The notes beneath the pieces were generated by a model that was not told the origin of the DNA, made no database searches, and saw only the letters and a program-made list of their open reading frames with translations. Positions 37,046 through 49,125 of a stretch of DNA of 64,000 bases are shown in pieces. Location of the stretch: contig CM052818.1 in NCBI GenBank assembly GCA_028534125.1, forward strand, positions 14,384,001 to 14,448,000. The letters run 5' to 3'. This DNA is from Lama glama (taxonomy: Eukaryota). Both the position numbers and the translations under genes were made by a program. Numbering within the stretch: the stretch's first letter is position 1; each line of letters opens with the position of its first letter.

Positions 37046-37857
37046 CTTATTTAAAAAGGGGAAAACAAAGTTATGGCAAAATGAGACATCATGAAACACA
37101 ACTCACTTCCAGAAAGACAAAAGCACTCTTTCCTACCCCCTATGTTTTCAACACATGTGGCAACACATTTGCTTTGTTACACTTAAACGAAATTATGGAG
37201 TCAGATGACATACAGTGTTGGGAGGGAAAAAAATCCTGTGTGATACCGTAAGTGGTTAAATGCTCTAAACTTCTTCCCAAAGTGAGTGAGGGAAGTAAAC
37301 AAAGGTTTGTGCATTGGCCACAAGGGTTCACTCATGGGCTCATAAGGCAATAGCAACAGGCCCTTCAAACTCCATCTTTTAAGAGAGATTAACCATCAGG
37401 ATGTTGGTGGTCAACCTCAGCTCTTTTTCTCTCTCTGATCTCTGCCTTGTGTCATCGTCATCAGGAGAAGTCCCTGAGCATGGAAGACAGCCATTCAGGG
37501 GGTAAAAAACAAACAAACAAACAAAAAACAAAAAAACACCTCACTGTACGTTTTAGAGGAGATGAATATTGTAACAGAACATTACCAATTGCATGAGCCA
37601 CTACTTGGACATACTGTGAAGGCAAGAGGTCCTCGGCAACAGAACTACACTTCGCAAGGTAAGAAAGCCCCTGCGGAACCTTCAACTCCTGACCCCTACA
37701 CTGTCACAGGTTTCAGTGCCTTAGAAGGGAGGAGGAACAAATGACTCTCAGTTACTCTTCTGATTGCACATGGTGAGGTTTAAACTGGCGGCCCCGTTGG
37801 CAACATTTCCAAAGGCAGGGGGGCTGCTCCCACAGGGAGGTGGCGGGGATGCTTTAC

Positions 37858-38614
37858 CTGGTTGTTAAGAAAGGCTTCAGCCTGCTTCGTGTCCCGCAGG
37901 AACTGCTGGTAGGCGTGGGACTGGGAGAGGAGGTTCTGCCTGTTCTCCCACATCTTGTGAAGCTCATTCCAGCCAGTGTCCAGCGCCTGCAGCCGCTGCC
38001 GCAGGAACATGTACTGGGCGTCGGTCTGGCCCTGGGTGACCATCTCACCCATGTCCCTCATCTTCTGGTAGTCCTCCTCGTAGTTGTCGATTTCGTTTTT
38101 GATGTTTTCATGCTGCGTGAGGAGCTTCTCGGCCTCAGTCAGGGTGTTGGGCATGTCCTCTGAGGCAATGGCTGTCTGGGTCCTGGAGAGCCAGGACTGG
38201 AAGTCGTCCAGGTCCCGCAGGAACTGCTGCAGCTTGCTGGCCTCGCCCAAGGAGGCCTCGCGGTTCTTCAGCGTGGTCTTCATCTCTTCCCACACGTCGC
38301 TGATCTCGGCCAGCCGAGACAGGATGGCTTGGGCCTGGTCGGGGTGCTCGGATTCCAGCTTCTCGGCCTCCTTCTGCAGGTCGCTCAGCTTCGCCTCGAT
38401 GGCCACCAGGTCCCGCTCCATGCCGGTCAGCTTGCGCTGCAGGGCCATGACACCAGCCAGGTCGTTGCCCAGGTCCTGAGTGGATTCTATAACCTTGGTC
38501 TTCTCCCGAATCCAGGATTTGGTTTCGTTGCACTCAAGATGGTAGTTCTGGATGCTCAGGGCGGACAGGAGGGCGTCCTTTTTCCGGTCCACCAGCTCCC
38601 TGAACTGACTCCAC
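37858..38614 (-). CDS. SPTBN1: Exon 16 (WSQFRELVDR...AFLNNQ)
   Basis: 757 nt, cag| and |gtaaag. Confidence 0.98.
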
Positions 38615-39426
38615 CTGTGGGTGCAGGGGCAGCAGAGAGAGCAGTGTGAGAGAGGCCAGAAGTTCAGAGACGGACACTGACATTAACAGTGATGGTCAAA
38701 GCTGCAATTTTCTCCCCTCCATTTCTACTTTGACTACGTGTCTTTGGAAAATCATCTCCCTCAGTGTATGGACACCAAATATCATCACCGAAACTGCTCA
38801 GGGACACAATATAATCTGGAAAAAGTCTGACACAAAGAGGGACTTGTAAAAGAGCTGCAAAGTGAGCGGTGACAACACATCTTTCCCCCAAAGGGTCCCC
38901 CAACTCGGTTACATGCATATTTTACTTATCCCTGAGCTGCACCCTGTGAACATACTCCACACCCAAAGGCTGACCGTCACCTTCAGAACCCAGGCCAGCC
39001 TGCCACCACGACCTATTCAAATGTGTTTATTCAACAGAAAGATAAGGTCAGGACAAAGGTCTATGTTGATAATCAGGACTTTCATTGGCCAATTACCTCT
39101 CTAACAGGCTAAAACCCTAGCCCAGAAATTATTTTAAAAGGGACAGCACAGGTGCCACTCTGATGCTGTGATCCACCATGGGTCTCACCCAGGCCCTTGC
39201 ATCCCACGTGGTGAGGGGCTGCCCGAACAATGTCACCCCTAGAGGCACTTCTTGTAAAACCAGGGTCCATCAAAAGGAAGATGCCAATGCCATGACATCA
39301 GCGCCACGATGCCAGTGACCCTGGGCAGGAAATTCCTGACCGTGAAGCTCAGCCAGTGACATCACCACCCCACCCCTAGCCGGCCGGGTGCACAGGCAGC
39401 CGGCATGCCTCTGGCCTCCTGCTCAC

Positions 39427-39564
39427 CTCGTGTTGAGCTTGTCCTGCTGGGCCTTGATCTCCTTCTCGCTCGGGTGGCCACTGTGCATCAGCTGCCGCGC
39501 GATCTGGTTCACCACCGCAACCCGGGAAGCCTGGTTGTTCATTTCTGGTTCCAGGCTCTCGAAT
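39427..39564 (-). CDS. SPTBN1: Exon 15 (FESLEPEMNN...DKLNTR)
   Basis: 138 nt, cag| and |gtgagc. Confidence 0.97.
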
Positions 39565-39666
39565 CTGCAAAGGCAATTCGACAGGGCGATCACCTCCTCA
39601 GTTGCCAGTAGTCACGAGGGGTGGACAGGCCAGCTCACCATAGTGTCACCGCCGTACCCCACTCAC

Positions 39667-40537
39667 CTGTGCTGGATGACCTCCAGGTCCTCCAGCTTCT
39701 CTGGGATCTGCATGTTGTTGAGCCACTGCTCCTTCTCATCGATCCAGAGCTCGCAGGCGTCGGCCTCGCTGAACATCTTGTACAGGGCCAGGGTGTCCTG
39801 CAGCGCCTGCTTCCTCAGCCGTGTCAGCTCGGCCACCTCCTTGTAGCGTTCCTCGATGCCTGCCAGCCGGCCCCGCACATCAGGAGACTCAGCGTGCTCC
39901 TGGGGGAGGACGCCAGCCTGCTCATGAAGTGAGTCAATGGTGGGCCGGTAGTTGGCGATCTCCTCAGCCACATCCTTGTGCTTCTTGACCAGAGACTGGG
40001 TGGAGTATTCGTCGTGGCCCACGTCGTTGCTGGAGACGATCTTGAGGATGTCCAGCATCCAGGCGTCGATGTCATCGGCGTCCGCCTGGAACTGGTGCAG
40101 CAGCGAGGCCTCCTCCAGGCGCTTCTTGCGGATGGCCGAGAGCTGCTCCAGGTGGGCCCACTGCTCCCGGATGTAGGCGATCCGCTCCCGGATCTTCTCC
40201 GACCCGAAGTGCTCCTCAGCAATCATGTCTTCGCCCTCCTTGATGGCCTGCTCGAAGTGGCCGCTGCGGCCGCTCATCTCGTCCTCGAACGCCCGGTGTT
40301 TGCTGAGCAGGCGCACGACGCTGGTGAGGTCCTTGCCGTAGTCGTCGGAGGACAGGATCTTCTCCTTCTCACGGATCCAGCCTTCCTCCTCCGCCATCTC
40401 CCAGAAGAACTTCCACAGGCGACGGGACTCTTCCAGGCGGGCCCGGCGCTCGGCCGCTAGCTGGCAAAGTTCTTGGTAACAGAACTCCATGTGGGCCACG
40501 CGGTCTCGGATCACCTGGGGGTCGCAGGGCTTGTAAC
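39667..40537 (-). CDS. SPTBN1: Exon 14 (GYKPCDPQVI...EVIQHR)
   Basis: 871 nt, cag| and |gtgagt; matches the 283-aa ORF. Confidence 0.98.
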
Positions 40538-41215
40538 CTGTTTAACGCCAAGGCAGGCACATGGGTGATGGTGTTCAGCCCAGGCTCCTGCACGTCTGCA
40601 GGCAGTAATCTACACCCCCCACCCCTGCTCTTCCTACTAGATTACCAGTTCACTCTAAGTGCAGGGCCACGTTATGGGGCAACGGAGCACCTTCTAGGAT
40701 TGTGTTTGGAAGAGGAGGGAGGGGTAATGGTAGGTGGTTTTTGTTGTTGTTGTTGTTGTTTTGCCTCAAATATTATTACTTTTTTGGATCACTTAGTAAC
40801 CAAAAAAATTCACAAACTGAAAGAAAGAAGACAGCTGCGTTTAACTGTTTCTAAAATAGGACAAAACCAAATCCTTTAAAACATCCTTTAAACAAAGATA
40901 CGTACAACCAGAGATGTCTGAGCAACCACACTGGTTGTGGGTGAGCATAGGGTGTGGTCTGGCCAGTTTCATTGCCCAACACCAAGCCACTCAAACCCAA
41001 GCAGCACTCGAGTATTTAAGGTAAAGACAGATTCATTTCAGAAAAGCAAGATAGAGTAAAATCATTCAGAAGACCACCCTACTGCATCTCATTATACCCA
41101 GGACATGGCCCTCTGGGAACCCACAATGACACAGTCTCTTCAAAGGCCCCATCTACTTCTCTACAAACAGATCTCTGGTGATGAGGCTGTAACATCTCAA
41201 ACAGTCCATCCTTAC

Positions 41216-41369
41216 CTTCCCCATCTGTTGCAAACTTCTGGGCAGAGGCATTGACACCTCTCACCCGTTCTGCCTGGATGCCAATGTCCGCTTCGACCAG
41301 GGCGTGCTTCTGTAACAGGTCTTCCACGCCGAGCAAGTGTTTGCCGTAGTCTTGAGACAGTAATAGCAC
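41216..41369 (-). CDS. SPTBN1: Exon 13 (VLLLSQDYGK...ATDGE)
   Basis: 154 nt, cag| and |gtaagg. Confidence 0.97.
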
Positions 41370-41722
41370 CTGCACACAAGAGGCAACAGAAAAGGTGCCC
41401 ATGAATACAACCCTCACTTCAGTGTCTCCTATTCTCTGGATGGGATGGGAGCCAACAACCGACCTGCACCCTCCCTCTGGCCAGAAAGCCTCCCCGTATT
41501 TTTAGGGGAAGGTGATGGAGAGCAAACCAGGGCAAAACAAACCCCAATGCCTGCAGCAGGAGAGACATAATAACTAAGGATTGTCTACCTTGGAATAAGC
41601 AAGACAAACCTGTACTAAAAAGTACAAAACGGGGGGAGAAAAAGGAAGGGGGAACCAGTAAGAAATATAAACTGAGTCTCCAAGAAGAAACTGCTGCAGT
41701 AACAGCTGTTCCAGAAGATAAG

Positions 41723-42006
41723 CTATACAAAACAGAAACAGACTCATTGACATAGAACACAAACTTGCAGTTGCCAAGGGGGCAGGGGGTGGGAAGGGAC
41801 AGACTGGGATTTCAAAATGTGGAATAGATAAACAAGATTATACTGTATAGCACAGGGACATATATTTAAGATTTTGTGGTAGCTCACAGCAGAAACAAAA
41901 TGTGACAATGAATATATGTATGTTCATGTATAACTGAAAACTTGTGCTCTACACTGGAATTTGACACAACATTGTAAAATGACTATAACTCAATTTAAAA
42001 AAAAAG
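41723..42006 (+). mobile_element. 5'-truncated young L1 3'UTR with poly(A) and perfect 10-bp TSD
   Basis: aaaacagaaacagactc...ctgtatagcacaggga...gacacaacattgtaaaatgactataactcaat(A)n; TSD AGAAGATAAG at 41713-41722 and 42007-42016. Confidence 0.9.
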
Positions 42007-43430
42007 AGAAGATAAGATAAAGGTAATAGAGCTGTTTCATGTCAAAGTTTAAACAAATCTCAAAGAAGTTGCTGACACCTTAACTGGACACACTCCTTAC
42101 CTGAGAGCTCATTGGTATGCCTCTGCAAAACTTACATAGTCAATGGGAGAAGAAATCTATTTGAAAAGCTTATAAACCACATCTTTAACCAAGCAAGAAC
42201 AAGGTCAGGTGACTGTCATGTTTAGGGAGTCCTGAGCAACACCTTTGGTGTAAGTTTGAACTCACTAACATTTTCTTTTATTTCTTCCATAGGCCCAGTT
42301 TGGAGGTCTCATCATACATCTTCTCCAGATGGAATTTCTACTTTATTTTTATTTCTGAGGAATTTCTGGCCCAATCTGAATTATAAAGTGCATTGTGATT
42401 TCTAAAATGAAAAGCATCTCTCTACTAGATTTTATGAAAACTTCTATTTAAGAGATCAAGATAGACCATATATGAGAACATCATAAATCTGGGACAGTAA
42501 GAGGGAAAACTGATGGTATCAGGTGAACTTGCACCTCTGTCTCCTGCCAGGAATGGTTCAAGAGGTAAGCCAAAGACCAGGGCTTACATCCCAGGAAGGA
42601 AATCTGTTGCATGAGGTCAAGCTTGGGAACACGGTGTGCTGAGATAAAGGAGGCTTCAGGGTACGGCCTGCAAACTGCCCTGTTCTGTCCTGGCTACGAG
42701 GTTTCCAGCAGGGGAACTGCTGGACACGGGTGAGCTTTCATCAGAGGCCTGCATCAGAGGACGTGGACAGGCTCAGGACTATGGCACCATGCAAGTCTCT
42801 TCCTGCAGGGGCTGGAGAAAGCTGGGAACTTTGCGCTCAGAGCTGTCAGGAATGGAATGCACAAACCAGCCCCATCCTGTGACGTGTACACACAGCTCAC
42901 ACTCCTCACTGTAACCAGATGAGGCAGACAGTAGGTACATGCTCCATGTACAGGTGAGGGAGGGAGGCTCACAGAGATTTGGAACCTGGCTGCCTGGTTC
43001 CCGGGCTGCGTTCTGTCCAAACTGCCTGCTACTCTTCCGTTTCCCCACACCACCTGCCTGGACCCCTCCCCAAAGCAGAGCCACTCACACAGATCAGTGA
43101 GACAGGAAACTAGCTCAACTCTGAAGAATTAAAACCACAGGAAAACCACAATTTGATTGATTCTCCCAGCATGAATTATATCTAAATTAGATCTGCATCA
43201 CAGGAGCAGGCCTCCAGCTATGGAGCTGGTCGTCGTTACAACTTCTTCACACTTCACATTTCATTTACCTCGTGAGCTAACAACCTTCCTTGTGGGGGAC
43301 GTGGGTCTTCTCTGGCTGTCAGTGGCAGTTAGACCAGGGGCGCAGATGAATGTTGGGGGGTTAGTGGGTGGGTCCCAGAAATGAGAGGCCCGACTGGATT
43401 AGCTCTGGCCTCCACTTGGCCCAGCTTTAC

Positions 43431-43733
43431 CTTCATTTCATCCATCCAGTCCATGATGTAGAGCATTTCCTGGAATATCTTCTGCAGCCCCAGGTTCATC
43501 TCGAGACGCTGCCTGCGGGCTCGGAGCAGCTCCAGCAGGTACTCCCAGAGCCGGATGACGTTGTCCTTCCTCGCTGTGATGCGCTTGATGTCGTGGTAGT
43601 TCTCCGCCTCCAGCTCCCTGGCCACGGCCACCACGGCCTGCACGCGCTCCTCGTACGCGGCAATGTCCGTCTCTATGGCCTCATGCTTTTTTGTGGCGGC
43701 CTCGACTGCGGGAAGGTCAAATCCAAAGTTGTC
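43431..43733 (-). CDS. SPTBN1: Exon 12 ([10 protein letters not shown]...WMDEMK)
   Basis: 303 nt, tag| and |gtaaag. Confidence 0.97.
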
Positions 43734-44400
43734 CTAAGAGAAAAGGGAATGAAAAGAAGTACAATATTCAGAAGACATTCAACTGGAACAAAGAAACAGA
43801 GAATGGAAGTGGAGCCCCGAGCACACCCCTTAATCTTTGGTAGTCCCAAAGCCAAACATCAACCTCCGAGTCCCAGCTCCCACTGGTCTCTGCCTTCCCT
43901 GGGGCCTGAGGACTGTGCCTGAGCTCAGATGTCATCCCCAAAGCAAACCAGCAACTTCTCACTTTGCAGAAGGGCATGGTTCGTATGTAGCATCTGACTT
44001 AAGAGACAAGAGGAGGTGATGGCTATGTTAAGCCAAACAGGAAAGAAGTCATTTATTTATTTCATGACCAGTCTACCTGCCTACAAGGGGTAAACTGGCC
44101 AAAGACTTGGGGAAAGAGGGAAATGCTTAAAAACTACAGAAATGTGAATGTTTTACACACACTCACTGGCTCTAAACAAACTCTGTTTGAGCTACTTCCA
44201 GATTTATGAAACGTTAGCTAAATAGAAGAGAAAGTATATTGAAAATTATAAACATCCTCTTCATGAGAAGTGGTGAGATGGCTTAACAGCTGCTTCAGAA
44301 CACTGGGGGTTGACTAACAGCTGACCTAAGGCCCCTGGGTACGGTCTAGGTTCTAGGCCACCCAGGCAGCAATTTCTCGAATGCTGTTCTAGAGCAGGAC

Positions 44401-44559
44401 CTGAGACACCAGACGCTGGTTCTCGCTCAGCCAGGTCTCTCTCATAGCTGCCTTGCGGTCGAATCTGCGGGCAAGCTGTTCCAGTTTCTCCTGTCTAATG
44501 AGCTCGTTCCGCAGGGCCAGTTCTCGCTCGTGCTCCGCTTTTTCCAGTCTTTCCCAGGC
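44401..44559 (-). CDS. SPTBN1: Exon 11 ([10 protein letters not shown]...RLVSQ)
   Basis: 159 nt, cag| and weak |gtcctg donor. Confidence 0.96.
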
Positions 44560-45574
44560 CTGTGGAAGTGAAAGAGAACAGTTTTCTTCAGTGTTCAAGG
44601 AACCGTTCTTGGCTGCAGTAAACAGCCAGTGCTTCTCAGAACGACCCGAGAACTTAAAAGGGAAATCTCATTTCCATCCTCAGTGACTCTTAAGCCTTGG
44701 GAAAAAAACTCCCTTTTCTCTCAGTTGAGTCCCATGGGAACACTCTCCCCTATCTAAATCTAAAGATTCTGTGTTGCATCTGGAAAACAAAATGGTGTGC
44801 ATATGGAGCAATGTAACTAAGTTACAAATTTCTTACTTTAATTGTGAGGAAGCAAAGTATTTTCAATGGTTCTGAGCATATAAAAAAGATAAATAATCTT
44901 TCTGAAGAAATCATATTATGAATCTCTCATCCACACCACCCTGAGTCACTTGTTTTTAATTCAGGAGTATTTTTTTCAAAATTCTCATCAACAAATAAAT
45001 TCATTCCTATGAAATATATCTTACTTCATATTAAAAAAATTCCACTGAAAAGAATCTAAATGTGAACAACTGACCACAGAGTTTTAGATTTTTTAAATTT
45101 CTACTTGGGAATAATGCTCACTGTGAAATTTTATAATCACAGACATAACAAGCATGGTAACAAAAAATTTCTGACAGTTTCTTTGATGGAAGAAGCCCAA
45201 ATCCTAAACTCCAATCTCTAGGGAGATTCCAGATACGTGAAGTAATTAAGACTTTGAGTTCTCCCATCTTCAATTTAAAGATGTTTGAGTCAAATGCCTC
45301 AGACAGATGAGAGGTAAATTGACTGTGTACCTGAGTAACAAGATAAACAGGCTGAACCAAAGCAGGTTTGATAAAATCTAACATCCCCCACCAAACCTCT
45401 GACAGGCTGGTCCACCACAAGCACTCCCCTGACCCTCCACATTGCCTGAGCAACAGGTGCCACTTATCAATTCGGCAGGCCAGGAAGGAGCCTTTCAAAA
45501 TCTCTTAGCAGCAAGACCCAGTGAAAGAACCTGAAAGTCTGGCCCTCCCGGGACACCAGATGGATCCATTTTAC

Positions 45575-45692
45575 CTTGTTAATATCAGAGATGAGCTTCC
45601 CCTCCCGGGGCATGTAGACCTTCTGGTTATTGGCCCTCATCTTGCTCTGAATAGTGAAAAGCAGGACTTCCAAGTTCCCCTTCTCAGTAAAT
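45575..45692 (-). CDS. SPTBN1: Exon 10 ([10 protein letters not shown]...ISDINK)
   Basis: 118 nt, tag| and |gtaaaa. Confidence 0.97.
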
Positions 45693-46185
45693 CTAAGCAG
45701 AGAAAACCAGCCATTAAGATTATCTACTCTATTTTGTTCCTTCAAAGGGGAAAAATTCATTTGCTTCTGGAGGAAAAAAAAACTTTATGCAGCCATACCG
45801 TTTTAAAAGTCATTTATCTCTGGTTTGATTTATGTGGAACGCATGTTAGAGAAACCGCAGTGGGCTAGTTTTGGGGCATTGCTGACCTCAAAATGGGGCC
45901 AACTGTGGGATTTCCCTGTGGCTGTTTGCTGTGACTGAGATTTGTATTTGGGGGTACAGAATACTATTCTTTTGTTAACCAACTCCATCAAGACTTAGAC
46001 TCCAAGCCCTGGATGGTGAACTTGCTTCATTCGGAGAGCATAGCTGAATGCATTCAACAAGGATCACTTTAAACAACTGCCCGCTGTCACTGTCAATGGG
46101 TTGCAGGGACCTCAGCCAGGAATTCACAACTAAGTGGAGTTTTCAGGAAAAGGAGGAATGACTTTTGCTACAATAAGCAAGAGAT

Positions 46186-46490
46186 AAGGTCCACAATCCT
46201 TACTGGACAACTATGAATTTTAAAGATACGTGAGAAATCAAACTTTTGAGGGTAGTAAAACCCAATCCGAACCGCTAAGAAACTACTGTCTTTATTCATA
46301 CATTGTGAATATTAACACAATTTGCTACAGATATGTCGGTGGGCTTGATTATGAGTTACTGCCTCAGACTCACCTGGAATCTTACAGTACACAACATAAC
46401 ATGTATCCTGCTACTTCTCTAAAATCCAAAAACTATGGAACTCTGAAACACATTAGGCCCAAGAATTCTGGATAAGGAATCAGGGACCTG
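46186..46490. mobile_element. MITE-like DNA transposon relic (Tigger-like) with imperfect terminal inverted repeats
   Basis: Left end aggtccacaatcctta; right end taaggaatcagggacctg (reverse complement caggtccctgattcctta). Confidence 0.55.
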
Positions 46491-46734
46491 CACCATTTCT
46501 TGGGATTCTCATCTATCCCAGGTATCAGTGGCACATTTCTACTGGAAAAGGCTCACAGAGGGTACGACGTGTAACACAACTCAGCAACAGAGGCTCAGGT
46601 GAAAAGGAGCAGGACAGGCTGCTGCTGAGAAGCGTTCACTGAGAGACAAGACCACGCAAGTCAGAAAACGGGTCTGTGGCTGCCGTGATCTCTCTTCCCG
46701 TGTTAAGGGGAACGTGTTCCAATCTGTATCTTAC

Positions 46735-46922
46735 TTGGGTGGTTTCTCCACAGTGCGGTATGTGTTGAATGCCTGAAGCTGTTGCTGAACCCCAACCAGC
46801 GAGTTGGCAAATTTGCGATTGTTCAAAATAATGATGGTTTGTTCAATCCATTCCAGAAGGTCGGAGGCAAGGGATTCATACTTTTCAATCATTTTTTCTG
46901 TTTCAATAGCATTGTCAAGCAC
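46735..46922 (-). CDS. SPTBN1: Exon 9, start of spectrin repeats ([10 protein letters not shown]...VEKPPK)
   Basis: 188 nt, cag| and |gtaaga. Confidence 0.97.
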
Positions 46923-47693
46923 CTGCAGACAAGAGTTAGAACAACGGAAAAGCAAGATCGTATTGTTACTTAGAGGGAAACATAACTGCAGCCCTGCAGG
47001 AAGCACACACACACTTAATGACTGGCTTTGAATGGGTCTAGGAGGCTTTGACACAAGCACTTTTAAACTCCAGGAACCATTTGCTAAAGGCACTCAGATT
47101 GTGGATATTACTTGTGAGCAATGACAGCTTAACTCAACTGCAACTGGTTTCCCAACCCCAAGGCAAAGGGTTTAAGATCCTGAATGACTCCTGATGCCTA
47201 AACTCCAAAATTCCTAGAGACACAAAAAGGGCTCTATTTTGCTAGGTCCTGTCCCGTGAACGCCTGTGACTTTTCCTTTCTATTGCGCTGGGGAGACAAT
47301 GTCATCTGGTCTGATGTGTTTTGAAATAATATATGGCAGGGGCAGGAACATCAGCCAAGCGAAAAATACTGAAGCCTTTCCAAGCGGGGTAAGTGGGATT
47401 TTCACTCCCATGACATCAGGCAACTCAGATTCTCAATACTCAATTTTCTGGCAAAGCTGAGGGGAGGGATGTTTCTGGGTCTGAGATTCCCTCTGAAAGC
47501 CCTTCCTAAATATTTAGCCACCACTCCTACTTCCTGTTGCTCTTTGGGATGGAGAGGCTTCTGCCCACTTCCCTGCCGTGTGAAGAGTCCACCACGATCT
47601 CCTAACAGCTGAGGGCCTGAGTGCATGGCGGCAGCACATTATGACATGGCCCTTGATTATGTCCCACGACTTACAGAACTAGTGCGAGCTCAC

Positions 47694-47806
47694 CTTTCCA
47701 ATTCGTTTTCCTTCAACAGCCAAGGCCTTCATCTTGGAGAAGTAGTGGTAGTAGGTCACCACGTAAGTGATAATGGACTTCTCATCGGGGTGGTCCACAC
47801 TGATAT
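47694..47806 (-). CDS. SPTBN1: Exon 8 ([10 protein letters not shown]...GKRIGK)
   Basis: 113 nt, cag| and |gtgagc. Confidence 0.97.
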
Positions 47807-48254
47807 CTGTAACCCAGAGAAGCCTCTGTTCAGTGCTCTGCTCAGGGTGCCGCCGCCCAGGCAGCAGGAACAACCCAGGACAGCTGCTCAACACTGAACA
47901 GGCTCATGTTTTTGTTTTTTGCACTTGAGAGTTCTGCCATCAGTGCGTTAATTGTACAGCTAATGAACTAATGAGGGTGAGACCCTCTCACTGGCTCAAA
48001 ATGCCTTTTACTGCAATAAGGACACAAAAGTCTTAATAGACACAATTCTTTCTCTAGAGGATCCCAGGCCACCAAGATGACAAAATATATGTAAAACTAC
48101 TATACAGAAATGAAGAACATAGTAAGAATTCACTCAGCATTCTTAGCAATGTGGTTACTACTCAGATACACCAGGTCCACCTCCCTGCCTCCCCTATCTA
48201 CCAAGCTGGTCTGTGCTTCAGTTCTAACTTTTTTCCCCAGTCACTAAGTCTACA

Positions 48255-49125
48255 GACATCGTTGTCTCCTTGTTACCCATGTCCAGTTAGTCACTAAGTC
48301 TGAAACCGAATGACGAAATCATGGTCACTCATGGGGCTGACTCTCATGGTCACACAACCAGACCTGACGCAATGGCTTCCTCACTGGATCTCCCTGTTAC
48401 TCAATGCACTTTACACACTGTCCCTAGCTGATCTTCCAGAAGCACAGCTGTGAACATACCTCCTCCTAGACTGAGTTACTCAAAAGTGCCCTGCAGTCTG
48501 AAAAATAAAGTTTAAGCCCCCAAGTTCTCCATGAATTGCTGTAATACTCAAAAGTGCCCTGCAGTCTGAAAAATAAAGTTTAAGCCCCCAAGTTCTCCAT
48601 GAATTGCTGTAACTTTCCTTCCTTCCATCCAGCTTCGAATATTTACAGGCTTCCTTAAAGTGCCAGAATTCCGTTTCAGGCATTCTACTAGTTCTTCTAA
48701 GACACCTTAGATCTGAACCAAACGGGACTATTCATCACTTCCCCCTACACACCACCATCCTCCCACCACAACTCCCAAAATTCCCTCTCCTCACTGACAA
48801 ACACCCTTTGCCTGAAAAGGCTTTCCCCACCCCATCACCGTCTTCCTATCCTTCCAGGTCCAGCTTAGAGGCTACCACTCCATCAGGGCCATTTCTGACC
48901 CCTACAGCTGGAGGAACTCTCTCCTCTGGTTCCATAAGGGCTCTGTTTACATGGACACAGAGTTTGCCTTCTGCCAGGAACTATGATTACTTATGCACAT
49001 GTCACTAGCCTCACAAGACTAAGGCCCCAAGGTCGGAACACAGTCTTGGGGAGCCCTGTGCCACCCTACCTCCCAACCTCTTAAGGGTGCTGTCTATGCA
49101 GAGAGGGTGGCCAATGAATGTTTAT
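48255..49125 (+). mobile_element. L2 LINE fragment (diverged); boundaries approximate
   Basis: L2-like pyrimidine-rich motifs (tgcaatggcttcctcactgg-like, tcctatccttccaggtccagctt) and a terminal aatgaatg. Confidence 0.55.
48477..48612 (+). repeat. Perfect 68-bp tandem duplication
   Basis: 48477-48544 is identical to 48545-48612. Confidence 0.97.

Noticed and set aside
37840-40460. Long plus-strand ORFs (e.g. 39978-40460, 38084-38479, 39388-39846) as an antisense gene
   Set aside because: They overlap GC3-rich SPTBN1 exons and are the expected antisense shadows; no recognisable protein or splice structure.
48477-48612. CRISPR-like or other prokaryotic repeat array
   Set aside because: Only two abutting copies with no spacers, in a mammalian intron.
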